Of a stretch of DNA of 64,000 bases, positions 13,473 through 26,327 are shown in pieces. Both the position numbers and the translations under genes were made by a program. This stretch comes from Geosiphon pyriformis uo1 (Eukaryota > Fungi > Glomeromycota). The notes below the pieces were generated by a model. It saw nothing but the letters and a program-made list of their open reading frames with translations, was not told the origin of the DNA and searched no databases. Location: positions 299,179 to 363,178 of the forward strand of contig JAAOMT010000494.1 in NCBI GenBank assembly GCA_016748015.1, written 5' to 3'. The stretch's first letter is position 1. Each line of letters starts with the position of its first letter.

Positions 13473-16385
13473 ATGCTTTCAACATCATCAATTTCAATTG
13501 AAAATGTAACTTCACATTTCGGCTGGGTTGAAGGAGCATTCATTGTCATTAAAGAAAGTTTGAACAATTTTCCAAGCGACAATTATTCAAGAATTGCTGA
13601 CTTTGTTAAAAAATATTTTGAACGCAATCATAAAACACCCGAAGATTTATTCGATTACTTAAACAATAAAAGTTCAAGAAGTTCAATAGACTATATTTTG
13701 CTTGGCTTTTCTTTAGAACATGGGGTTGGAACTATTCCTAATTCAAAAAAAGCATTTTTAGAATTTCAGAAAGCAGCGAATTCAGAATTTTCTTTTGGAC
13801 AATTCTTCTTAGGTCGTTGTTATGATCATGGAATTGGTACTCATCCAGATCGAGGAAAAGCATTTGAATTCTATTCAAAAGCAGCCGAGATGGGAAATAC
13901 CCTTGCACAAAACACTCTTGGATGGTTTTATCTAAATGGATTAGAAACAGCGAAAAATGTGGAAAAAGCATTTAAACTCTATTCAAAAGCAGCAGAGTTG
14001 GGAGATACAATGGGACAGAACAATCTTGGATGGTGTTATCAAAATGGATGGGGAGCAACGAAAAATCCAGAAAAAGCGTTTGAACTCTATTCAAAAGCAG
14101 CAGAGGCGGGAAATATTCTTGCACAAAACAGTCTTGGATGGTGTTATCAAAATGGATTAGGAACAACGAAAAATCTGGAAAAAGCATTTGAATTTTATTC
14201 AAAAGCAGCAGAGGCGGGAAATATCCTTGCACAAAACAGTCTTGGATGGTGTTATCAAAATGGATTAGGAACAACGAAAAATCTGGAAAAAGCATTTGAA
14301 CTTTATTCAAAAGCAGCAGAGGTGGGAAATACAAATGCACAAAACAACCTTGGATGGTGTTATCAAAATGGATTAGGAACAACGAAAAATGTGGCGAAAG
14401 CATTTGAATTCTATTCAAAAGCAGTAGAGGGGGGAAGTTTAATTGCACAAATAAATCTTGAACATTGTTATCATGGTGGAAATCCATGTTCAAAAAACAA
14501 TCTTGAAACGTGTTATCGAAATAGATGGGGAACTATGGAAGACCTGGAAAAATCATTTAAACTCTATTCAAAAACAACGGAGGCGGGAAATCCAAGTACA
14601 CAATATAATCTTGGATGGTGCTATCAAAATGGATGGGGAACAACAAAAAACCTAGCAAAGGCATATGAACTCTATTTAAAAGCAGAGGGAAATAAATTAA
14701 GTTATCAAAGTGATTTTCCTGATTTGAATGGCCATAATCTCACTTTAAAGAATCAGGATAACCTGGAGCGTTTTATTTTGCAATTCCAAAGTCGAGGTTT
14801 TAAAGGTCAAGGTAATCCCAAAGGAGAATTTTTAGATTCTGAAGCTTTCTTTGATCAGCTGTCAGACGAATTCAAGTGTTATAAATGTGGTAACTTGGGT
14901 GTAATCATTAGTGGATCTCCTATATGTCCATTTTGCGATACTAATAAAAGTGATGATATCTTTGAAGCGGGGTTACCGAAATGTCCAGAATGCTATAGCA
15001 CATTAAAAGATCCACTTTGGTGTAAATTTTGTGAATATTCACGATTTTCAAAGAGTTGGGGAATATGGAGTAGTGGAAATGATAATATTGATCAGTATAT
15101 AGCAAAAACACAGGAAATTTCTGAAAGCTGCAGAGGCTGCCTGGAATGGATTTCTCCTGACGAGATTACATTTTTAGAGAAAGTGGGAATGGGAGGGTTT
15201 GGTATTGTTAAAAAAGGTAGATTGGAGAGAGGCAAAATTCTATTTTGGGACGAGAAAAATCAAAAGCATGAACGAAGCGGGGTTACGAAAGTTGCTTTGA
15301 AATTTCTCAGAAGCAGTCAAAATATAAAATATATTAATTCAGATGAGGTACTTCCTTTCAAGAAATCTATGTGATTTTTATTATTCTAATTTCTTTTTCT
15401 AACATTAGAAAACATTTTGAAATAGTTTATTGCACATCTTAAAAGTGCCTCTTGCAAATACATCCTTGAATGCTATGGAATAACCAAAGATGTTACAACC
15501 GATGAATTTATTATGGTTTTACCATTTGCGGAACATGGGGACCTTAAAGCTTTTCTCAGGATGAACGAAAACCCTCTTACTTGGAAAATGGTTCTTTGTA
15601 TTCTTTTTCAAATCGTTGGTGGCCTAAGGTTTATACATGAATCAGAACTAGTGCATGGAGACTTACATCCTGGCAATATCCTTGTTTTGAAATCAAACCC
15701 CTTAAAAGTTGTCATTGCTGACCTAGGATTCTGTCGTCCTGCCAATTACTCTCCACAATCTGGGGAGATTTATGGCGTTGTCCAATACCTAGCGCCCGAA
15801 GTTTTTACTTTATCGTGTCATACCAAATACAGCGACATTTACAGTTTTGCTATCATTTCTTGGGAAATTATTTCAGGAGAAAGACCTTGGAATGATATTA
15901 AAGATTCTATGCATGATGTAATTTCTGGAAAGCGCCCCACAATTGAAAAGCATACACCTCAATGCATTCAAGAAATGATCCAAAAAAATTGGCGTAAGGA
16001 TCTGGATTGTCGTGATACTGCAGAACAACTTCAACAAAGAATTATTGCTGCTCGCGGTAAATGTAACTTAAATGAATCTATCTCTAAAAAAAGAAGTGTT
16101 GCCTGTGATATGATAAGTTATAAAAGTCGATTAATCTTAGGAAGTCAATCAATGTCAAAGCCTATATATGGTAAGTTTTTTTATTTAGTATTATTTTAAT
16201 AGGTAAAGAACTTGTTTTGATTAAACGCCTTTTTTTCAGATTTGGAATATCCCAATAGCTCAAGTTATCTATTTAACTACTCAAGCTCTAATAAAGTTTA
16301 CTTTGATTCCTCTAAGTGTGAGGTTAAGTGTCTCCTTATCAATGATGCTGGAACTGTTGATAATATGCTAGAAAAAACTAATTAG
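13473..16385 (+). CDS. Sel1-like-repeat (SLR) + CxxC zinc-finger + TKL-type protein kinase; exons 13473-15347, 15426-16170, 16240-16385
   Basis: About 9 full and 1 truncated 36-aa repeats (AQNxLGWCYQNGxGTTKNxEKAFELYSKAAE). Then CYKC..CPFC and CPEC..WCKFC motifs, and kinase motifs GMGGFG, VALK, HGDLHPGN, DLG, APE, DIYSF. Two GT-AG introns keep frame, ending at TAG 16383-16385. Confidence 0.92.
13700..14690 (+). repeat. Intragenic 108-bp tandem array encoding Sel1 repeats
   Basis: Central units (~13975-14420) are nearly identical at nucleotide level, e.g. cttgcacaaaacagtcttggatggtgttatcaaaatggattaggaacaacgaaaaatctggaaaaagcatttgaa is repeated exactly. Confidence 0.95.
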
Positions 16386-17132
16386 GCTAGGAATTTCTTG
16401 ATAAGCAAACTTCACTGCCTTTTCTACGTTCCGACTTCTAGAATAGTAATTTATATTTTAAATTATTCGAATTTTTAAATTCATTCAGCATTAAATAAAA
16501 TTCTTAATTCTTACCTTTCGGATATCTTTTGTCCTAGCGCGTTTCTACTCTGTATTCCATTTTTGATATTATTAGCGTAAATATAAGAATTAGAGTAATT
16601 TATTAAATTCATCTATCTTTTGATGTCTTTTGTTCAGGTTGTTAAACAAATTAAAGATAAGTTTTTGAATGGTTTTATTTTTTATACTATTAAAACATTA
16701 AATAAAGAAGTACGACAAACCCAAGTTTATTTAAAAAAATGAATTTTGAAATTTAATTGATAAAACAAATACGTACGAATGTTAAAAAAGGAAAGACTAA
16801 AGTGTTTAAACGCGATAGATGTAAACTTTATATTAATGGAATTTTGCCTACGGGCATTGATCTAATCCGAGAGCCACATTTAATCAAGCCACGGTAAAAT
16901 ATTACGTAACTACATGAGAAAATGAAGAATGTAGTAATTTCCTTTAAAATTTCAGTATTTTAGAAGGGTTATACACTATAAAAACAATCTAACTTTCGAC
17001 AAAAAAAACAATAATCAAACAACACCTTTTTTAAAACTTTGTATTTTTAATCAGTTAGTCAATTATTTAGTTAGTTAGTTATGTGTTTCAAGTACATGTA
17101 GTAGTAATGAAAAAAAATTTCATCTGATCGGC

Positions 17133-17642
17133 ATATTTTAAAAAGAAATATATTCCCTTGACCCTACCTAAATAACACTGGTCAAAAGTGATTTGAATTT
17201 CAAAATTGTGTTTTTCTAAATAAGTGGGTCCCATGATAGAAAAAGAAAGTTGGCGAATAAAACTTAATTATAATCTTTTTTAATCGTTTATCCTTCGCTT
17301 TCTTGTTTCAATTTCTAAAAATAATTCAGTTTAATCTAACGATATTTTATTTTTTGCTTTTTCAATATTGGTTTTACTTTAACTTTAAATTGAAATAATA
17401 ACTCAAATTAAAAAGTAAAGACTTAGTTTGTTATTTTTTTTAAAAATATAGTTACAAAAATTCTAACACTAAATACTTTTTTAACTCAACTTACTTAAAT
17501 ATCTATTGTTTTCAAAGCACACGTTGATTAAATTAAAATCTAACTAAAATTAGGCTATTAATACAATTGATAAAAAAATTAAATACAAAAATGGGGACCA
17601 ACTCTATTTATCTTGATTACCACCAGTGTCTTTTTAAAATAT
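17133..17642. mobile_element. Possible MITE-like element with imperfect inverted ends
   Basis: Left end atattttaaaaaga...acactggt...taaataagtgggtcccat; reverse complement of right end atattttaaaaagacactggt...taaatagagttggtccccat. Confidence 0.35.
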
Positions 17643-18340
17643 TTTTCAATATATTAAAATTAGATTTGAGATAAGGTAGTATGCTAAAAGAAAAAATAAC
17701 TTACTCTTGTCTTAAATTAAAAAGAAACTTGTTACTCTTTTTTGATTGGACATCTGTATTAATAGAGAAGATTAAGTATAAATAGATTTTTTACAAATGA
17801 AAATTCTTAAGAAAGCAAATTTACCTAAATTAAAGACTAAATTATTGCAATAATTAAGCAAACATACTGTTATGAATTGAAGTAACAAGCTAATAGATAA
17901 CAAAAAAAAACAAATATTGAATAATAAAAAAGAAAATTCAACTAAATAAATCAATTGAATTTGTATAAATTCAATATGCAAAATCAGTTTTATAAATATT
18001 TCAATTACTGTTCTTTTAAAAAAATTAATAATTTGTAGTGTTAACAAAAATAAACAGCAGTCATAATTATATGTCTTATATTAATGTTTTTGTAATTTAG
18101 TAATAAATATTATTTGTACTTTTTGGTAAATATTTTTATTTAATATATTTTACAAAAGCTAACAATATACAAATCAAGAAAGAAAAAAATAAAATAGTAA
18201 GAAAAAATAAAATTATTATATTAATTTTGCTAATTAATTATTGTCTAAATTGATTAGTATAAGATACTTTTCTATAACTTTGGAAAGTTTTACTTTTATA
18301 CTTTCAAAAAAAATCAATAATCAAATTATTAATTACACTA

Positions 18341-18572
18341 ATAATTATATTAACAATTAATTTTTAAAATAAAGTAACTATTATAAATAATATAAATAAT
18401 TAATACTTATAATTAAGTTAATAATTATATTAACAATTAATTTTTAAAATAAATTAGCTATTATAAATAATATAAATAATTAATACTTATAATTAAGTTA
18501 ATAATTATATTAATTAATTTTTAAAATAAATTAGCTATTATAAATAATATCAATAATTAATACTTATAATTA
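18341..18572. repeat. Tandem repeat, 80-bp unit, 3 copies
   Basis: ataattatattaacaattaatttttaaaataaa...taattaatacttataattaagtta begins at 18341, 18421 and 18501. Confidence 0.9.
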
Positions 18573-21162
18573 ATTATAATTAAACAATTAATAGTAGTAT
18601 TTTAAAAAATTAAGTTTAATAAGTATTTAATAATATTATTAGATATTATTTAACAAATTTTTTTTAATAAAATAAAACTTTAATATTAAAATTACTAACT
18701 TATATAACTATTATTATAATCAGTAATTAAGTATTTTTAATATTAAAATTAAAAAAAAAACATATTAAAATATTATTTAATTAATAATTAAATATATTAA
18801 CAATAAAACTACTGGTTTAAATAATTATTTGAATTTAATTATTTATTATTATAATTAGTAATTAAGTATATTTTTATAATACTATTTAAACATAATATTA
18901 TAAGCAAAAATAATATAAATTAAACTTTGTATTAAATACTAATTTAAAACTAATTAATAAAATACTTATTTTTTTTGGCTTTAAAATTAAAAATTAAAGT
19001 TTTAAAAAAAGAAAAAAGTTTGTTTAGTTAAATTTTTTATATTAAATTAAAATTTATTTATATATTTTTAATAATTTTTATTAACAATAAAACTTTATTA
19101 ATTATTTTAAACTTTTTATTAATTATATTAATTACTTTTAAAAAAATATTACTAATTATGTTAATTATTTTTAAAAAAAAAACAAAAAAACACACTGTTA
19201 AGAAAACAAAAAACATATTTTTATTATATTATAAAATAATATAATTAGAAAAAGCAAGATTTAATATTAAAATATTTATAAAATTTTATTAAATTATTAA
19301 TAAAATTAAAGTAATAAAAATTAAATAATTTGAATATAAAACCAAAATAATTAATAAATTATTATAATTAACAATAGTTAATAAATGAATATAAAATTAC
19401 ATAATAATAATAAAAATTATAATATTAATAATACAAAATAATACAAAATATTATACTAATATTATATTTTATTTTATAAGTTATTTTTTTTTATTATACG
19501 TTTTATAAGTATAATTATATAAGTTATTAATAATTAGTAAATTTTTAAAAATTAAAAAAATTAAATAGTATTTTATTTATATCTAATTTATATATTAATT
19601 TTATTATAGAAAAAATTTATGTATTATTAAAAATAATAAAAAAACAAAAATTTAAAATACAAACAAACCAAAAAAAAAGGTTATTAAATATTAAAATAAT
19701 ATTATTATTAGAAAACAATATAATAATTCTATTTTAAATTTAATAATATAAAAACAACACAATATTTTAATAAAAAAATAAAAAACGAAATAACTAATAA
19801 AAATAATCTTAAGCTTTTTAAAATTTTACATAATATTTTTGTTAAGCTTTGCAAAAAAGTTAAAATAGCATAACAAAATTATAAACAGTTAATTATATGC
19901 ATGAAAATATAAAAAAAAATTTCAAGTTAATTATTAAATTATTTGTTTTTATTGTTAAAACTTGATAATTTTTTAAGATTTGTTTTAATGTTTATGTTGT
20001 TTGACAATTTTGGTAAAAATATTACACATATTATAAAAACAATTTGTATAAAATTTTAATTTTTAAAACTTATTACAACTCTAAAATTTACATTTTTTCT
20101 TGGTATTTTTTATAGTTATAATTTAACCAAAATTTGAGTTTTTTTATTTATTATATGTTCAAAAAACCATAAAACCAATTTAATTTGTTTGTTAAAAGTA
20201 AAAAAAATTAGCATAATATGGAAAAAAACAATAAAACAATAACTATTTACAAGTTTTATCACATTTAAGAAAAATAGCACAAACAAATTCACAAAACAGT
20301 AAAAAATCAAGAAAATACTGTGAATGTAAAGCATTTTGAATAGAACATTGCTGTTATAATACATGAAAATTATAATGGAAATTGTTTATTATGTTTGGTT
20401 CTGTTTATTTTATATTTTATTAATTTCTTAACTCTTTTTATCTTGTGTATCTTGTCTTTACTATTTTTTTGTATAAATTATGAATCTTTTTCTAATAAAT
20501 CTGACTCTTTTATTTTTAATTTTAATAACAAAAAGAATCTCGTCTTGGCAAAAATTGTTTATAGTACAAGTAAATATCAAATTGTATGTTTTTACAATGA
20601 TGGGTGATAATTATAACATAAAAGAATATGCTGAGATTAGTGGAACAACTTCAAGACTCAAATCTTTGATACTGGTGCCACTTTATGTTTCAGCTTGACA
20701 AATTAAAAGTATTTCATGTTATTGAATAAGAACTATTTTTTTGATTAAGCTTCAGATCTGTCGAGGCTTACATCGTTATCATATATGATGTAAAAATAGG
20801 GACGTTCATTAAAAGATGCAGGCACGGCTGAAATATAATTATTTTATAATTCACAATATATCATTCCATAATCTAATTTAGTATTACTGAAAGTTTACAA
20901 TGGTAACCTTGATCAAATCTTCTTTTTTGAACGAAAGATAATCCATAGAGCACACCTTAAAATCTCGTTCTGACAGAAGGATTGTGCATTTCGTGAATCC
21001 ATCTTTGGAGATGAGATACAAAAAAGAAAATAAAACAAAGTGGGACGCACGGTTGTCTTGCCAATTTTTTTGCCAACTGTGTATGATAAATCTCTATTTA
21101 TTTGAATCAAATTCTGTTTATTAACAGCTACATTTATCTAACTTAATTTCCTATCAATTATA

Positions 21163-21642
21163 TTAAAATTTAAAAAATTCTAGAGCGAAAAACAGCCCAA
21201 TGATCGCGAAAACATGACTAAAGTTTCCAACATTTAAAGCCAAGGCAGTTGCAGCTGAAGCTGTAGTTTTAGTTGAACTAGAACTCGAAGCTGAAGTAGT
21301 TTGGTTTCCATTTCCTTTGGATTCAGTGGATGATGCATCAGTCGTAACGCCATCTGTCGTTTTATTCGACGAATCAGTGGATGATGTAGTTGAAACAGAA
21401 ATGGACGTGTTTGGTACAAGAGTCGATAGGGTTGGGGTTGATCTGTTTATATGGTAAACATTAAATTTGAAAATTAAAAGTTTTGCTTAAAATTGGGGAT
21501 CATAGTTCAAATTTGAATACTTACGTAGTGTTGGAATTAGTTTTTGTATCTGTCGAATTATTTTTAGAATTCTCATTTGTTGTGGCATTTGTTGATTTGG
21601 TTGAGTTTGGGAGTCCGGTCGAGAGGCTTTGAGTAGTAGTAC

Positions 21643-21674
<32 letters not shown>

Positions 21675-22204
21675 CTAGTAGTAGGAGTAGTACTATTATT
21701 ACTTACACTGTCACTAGAGAACATTGGAAGAGATTTTGAGTTTTAATTCAAAACCAAGAACGTCATGAGTATTTTGAATATTGAATTTGAGTCTAAAAGA
21801 GAGTAATCGAGAAGGAAACGCCAACGTTAAGAAAAGAAGAAACTGAAAAAATGGAATTTACGATAATGAAGGAAAAGGATTAATTTGAGTTGTAAATGGG
21901 ATTCCCGTTATGATTGAGGAGCTTAACGGAATGCCCCCCACGGGTGGAAATATCCTTGTGTGACGATGGAAGAAAAAAAGAAAGGGAAGACGCGAATACG
22001 AAATATATTTTTTATTTTAAGAGTTAAACGAGAAAAATAATATCGTTCAAAATATAAAATTTATCAAAGTAATTTAATTTCAATGGATTTGAATTAGTTA
22101 GCTCGATTGTTACAATACCTTGGCGTTTGAGCAAATGAGTTTTTAAAGGCGGCGAAAGCGAAGAAAGTGAGAAACGTCAAGAAAAAAAGATTCAAACGAG
22201 CCAT
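21163..22204 (-). CDS. Secreted Ser/Thr-rich, probably GPI-anchored cell-surface protein (184 aa); exons 22204-22119, 21713-21525, 21442-21163
   Basis: Signal peptide MARLNLFFLTFLTFFAFAAFKNSFAQ, a poly-Thr/Ser body, and a C-terminus of small residues then a hydrophobic tail (SAATALALNVGNFSHVFAIIGLFFALEFFKF*). Two GT-AG introns; 555 nt in frame. Confidence 0.85.
21632..21692 (-). repeat. (ACT)n coding microsatellite (poly-Thr)
   Basis: agtagtagt... run on the plus strand within exon 2 of the GPI-protein gene. Confidence 0.9.
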
Positions 22205-23064
22205 ATTGTGAATTTAGAGATTTTAGATATATTTGTAAAGTTTTCAATTAATCGTGTTTAGATGACATTCACGAAAAAAAAGCAAATTCCACCTGTCTAT
22301 ATATATATACAAAAAAAACAATTATTTGAAGTTTTTTTTGGTTCCCTTGTTAAACAAGTAATCTTTTGACTGTTTTACCAATGTCGTTTCATTTTAATCA
22401 TTGAATTACATTTTACATATCCACTTATGTGAAATAAATCCTCATTCATACACACAGTTGTTTTGCCAGTTCTCTCCTAAATCTGCAGGAATGTGTGTTA
22501 CTTTTCATTATGAATGGTTACCTTGGCTTGGCTTGGCTTCTAAAAGTTCTATAAGCAGGGGGCATGTCGTTGACTAAATGCTATTGAAACATCATGGGAA
22601 AAAAAGGCATAAAATCAAGGTAGAATGTTGCATAAAATGTCTTTGTTATTATCATGCCCCCATGAATTACGCCTGGGTACCATTGTAAAAATCAAGAATT
22701 AATAGCTGGGATAATATATCGAGTACATCAAAGAAAAATATATTCTTTCTTCTTATGAGACCCTGGCATCAATAACACTTCAAGTTTTTCTCTTTAGAAT
22801 TTATTACCTTATCCAAGAGTTCTAAAAAGAATTTTCAGTTTACTATTGATAGTTTCGATTTTTTTCTAAATATATTCTCCCATTAAAAAAAATGATCTTT
22901 TATCTTGCTCATAATTATTTTCATAAAAACGACTTTATAACGAAAATTTAGCAATAAACTTTCTTAATTTTCTTTTAATATTAATGCTTAAATGCTTGAA
23001 ATAACAATAAAAATTCATAAATTTGTATAAATGTTTAATATATAAATTTTCTTGATTTTGTAAT

Positions 23065-23096
<32 letters not shown>

Positions 23097-25615
23097 GATT
23101 CTAATTTTTGATTAAATTAATATTAAAACCCAAATACAAACTTTAATAAATAATTTTAAAAAAAAAAGCCAATATTAGAAAATAAATAATTTTAATACCA
23201 TATATGATAGATAATAAGAAATCTATTTTATGATTATCGAGCCTCTAAAATAGAAAGTTTCTTTCAGTTTTTAGCGCCTATATACTGCACCAAGTCTAGT
23301 CACAACAAAATGCTGCGTGCCGCACTGAAATTTGGGCTGCAAGTATTACATAATAAGTAATATTGATCAAAGCCTTAATTCGGTTGTGATGTGATATATT
23401 TTATGCCAAAAAGTTCATCTAAGCTATGCGCGAGAGAAAAATAGATTGACAATAAAGCTTGAGCAACATTTTCGAGTATTTAAAATCTAAATTTAATAAA
23501 TTAGGATTATCTGCAATACAAGCCATTTTTGCAGTAAAGAAATATAAGGTCTCATAAAGGAATTTTAGAATGATATTTTAAATTAAATTATTATATTAAT
23601 AATTTTTAAAAATATAATTCTATTAGTTTATTATTTAAATTAAAATTTTTTAGTAAAATTTTGAATTTTATTTTTTTAAAATTAATATATTATTGAATGC
23701 AACTAGGCTTGGTACACCATATAACAGTATAAATAATCAACAAAAAAAAAATTTATTTGTTCAAAAACTAATAACTATTACCAATAACAATTAAAGATAA
23801 TTTTACTTAAAAGTCAAAAAATATAGAAAAAATTATAAAAAACTTTAGTAATAAGATGATTTTATTTTTGAATATATTTTTACATTCAAATAATAAAGTA
23901 GCTGTTTTTTGTATTTTTGTAAATATAAAAATTAATTTTAAACTTGAATTAAAAAAATTTGTAATAATTAATATTAAATTTAATGCTAATAACAAAAATA
24001 AAATTCTTTTGAACTTTAAGTCAAATTAATTTGCTTTTATAATTATTAAAAAAAATTTATGCTTTAAATATTTATCTAAAAAAAAATTCAATAAAAAAAA
24101 TATAAATAATTAGAAAAATGTTTTTATTAGTAAATAGTTTTTATTTTTTTTAAATTTTAAAAAATTATTAAATTTATATATTAGTTAAAATTTAGTTTGA
24201 AAAAAACCATAATATTAATGGTTTTAATATAAATTTATTCAAATTTTTTATTATTTACTCTAAAACTAAAAATAAATATGTTTAAAAAAACTTAAAATTA
24301 AATGTTTTATTTATTAAAAATAATTTATTTATTATTTAAAAATAATATTAAATAAAGTATTAATTTTAAAAATATTTAAATTTAAATTTTTTAAATTTTT
24401 TAATAAACTGTTTTATAACCAAAATTTCAACTTAATAAGTTTTATAGTCTATTATTAATTATAGAATTTAATTTAAATTTATACTTAAAAATTTATAAAA
24501 AATAGATTGTTTAATTAGAAAAAAATCAAAATTTAATATAAATCTACTTAAAATTCTTTTTAAACAAAGTATTATATTATTTTTTATTATATAATTTAAG
24601 ATTTTTTAAACAAATACAAATTAAAAAATTGACTTTAATATTATTAATTTTTTTAAATAACTAAAAAAAGTATAAGTTATATTTAATTTAAAATACTTAA
24701 TTGTTGTATTGTATTAAATTATATATAAATAATAATAAACTATATGTTTTACTTATTTTTATTACATATAATAATAATAATTTTAAATTAAATTAAGTTT
24801 TTATAAACAAAAAACAAATAATTTTAATAATTATTTAAAAAAGATATTAATAATATTTTTTACATAATTAATATAATTAAAAATTTAATAGTAATTTATA
24901 ACATTATTATCTTGTTATTTTTAGTTAATAATTTTAAATATTAATTTATGATGCTCAGTTTTTTTAATTGATAGTTATAAAAAATTTAACAAGAAAAAAA
25001 AAAGTATTAATTATGATATTTCTTTTATAAGAACATGTATTATTAAAACTTAAAAAAATATGAATTAATTCTGAACTTTTATCAAGTCTAAATTAAAAAA
25101 TATCCTTCCTTGTAATATTATCAGTGACCCCTAATAAAATTAATTTTCTTTTATGAATTAGCTGGAATAATTCAGAGATTTTATGAAGTGATTACCTTTA
25201 GGGATGCTAAATACCCATTAAAATTTAGTCTGCGTCAACTCAGATGGCGTAGTATCGAAAACTTATCAATTTATCTCCCCATAAAATAATTGATATTGAA
25301 ACTTATAACCAATGAAAAATTTCAATCGGAGGCCACTAATAAAGAAACATGAAAATGGCAACGGCTCTACCTCAAAGAACAAAAGAATCAAAGAGAAATA
25401 TCGATCGTTGATTTTATGTTTTATAATCAGAATTTTATGTTTGTCCTAAATAAAAAATACATGTTATAAAAGTTTTCTCACGTATTAGGAAGCCTCTGAA
25501 ATGGGAGGGGATATATTATAGAGATCTGATTTACGGATTAAATGGTATTTTTATCTAGAACTAGTGCTGCTAATTTAATTTAGGGATTAAAGATTTACAA
25601 TTTTGTTGTTTATAT

Positions 25616-26327
25616 TTATTCGTTGCCTTCAAAGACGAGAACATCATAATCATTTTGACGAAGTTCACTTTGCTTATATCCAAAGGATCCACCGTCCGCC
25701 AAATGCTAAGGTTTGATTTCAAAAACTCAATTAGACAAAGAATGCAAAATTTATCAACTTGCTAAGATAATAATGACATATGGCTGAATTTACCCTGCCA
25801 GCTTTTCCATAAATCCAACCATGACCAGCTGGATGAGGAAATCTAGCGACATACAGTTCTTTACCATCTCTTTCGTAACCAGCCCTGAGGGGAATATTAT
25901 TTTGTGGACGAACTTCACCATGGCTTTTTATGCGTTATTTTAAATTGGAGGAAATTTAAAGATGATAAAAATCATTTCGAGATTGAATTCTCCAATTATA
26001 ACAAACAAAATTGTAATTAAACAATGGGACTTACAATGCCTTCCATTTAAATTGATCCTGAGCTTGAGCTGTAGAAGAAAGACTACCGCCGATATTAGCT
26101 GAAAGAACCTTGTAATGTTTCAAAATGACCTCCTTGCCACCATAACCTATATGTAACCCTTGATTGGTGACATATCCCGGATGCAATCCACCCTCATATT
26201 CACCAACTCCAATATGTTGACCGTCGTAGACGAAAGCGTTGCCACCAGTGTGACCATCACTTTGGTCTTTCCATACAGTTGCCCAGTGATCTTGAGATAC
26301 TGGCGAAGAGAGAGATTGATCTGCCAT
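25616..26327 (-). CDS. DM9-repeat (DUF3421) lectin-like protein, 170 aa; exons 26327-26035, 25923-25794, 25705-25616
   Basis: Two DM9-like units: HIGVGEYEGGLHPGYV...IGYGGKEVILKHYKVL and PLRAGYERDGKELYVAR...IYGKAGRHLADGGSFGYKQSELRQNDYDVL. 513 nt in frame. TATA-like sequence ~40 nt upstream of the ATG. Confidence 0.85.

Noticed and set aside
13738-14493. Antisense and alternative-frame ORFs over the Sel1 array (also 63425-63997)
   Set aside because: Shadows of the repetitive sense coding sequence.
13700-14690. Regular repeats as a CRISPR array
   Set aside because: They are contiguous 108-bp in-frame coding units with no unique spacers, in a eukaryotic context.
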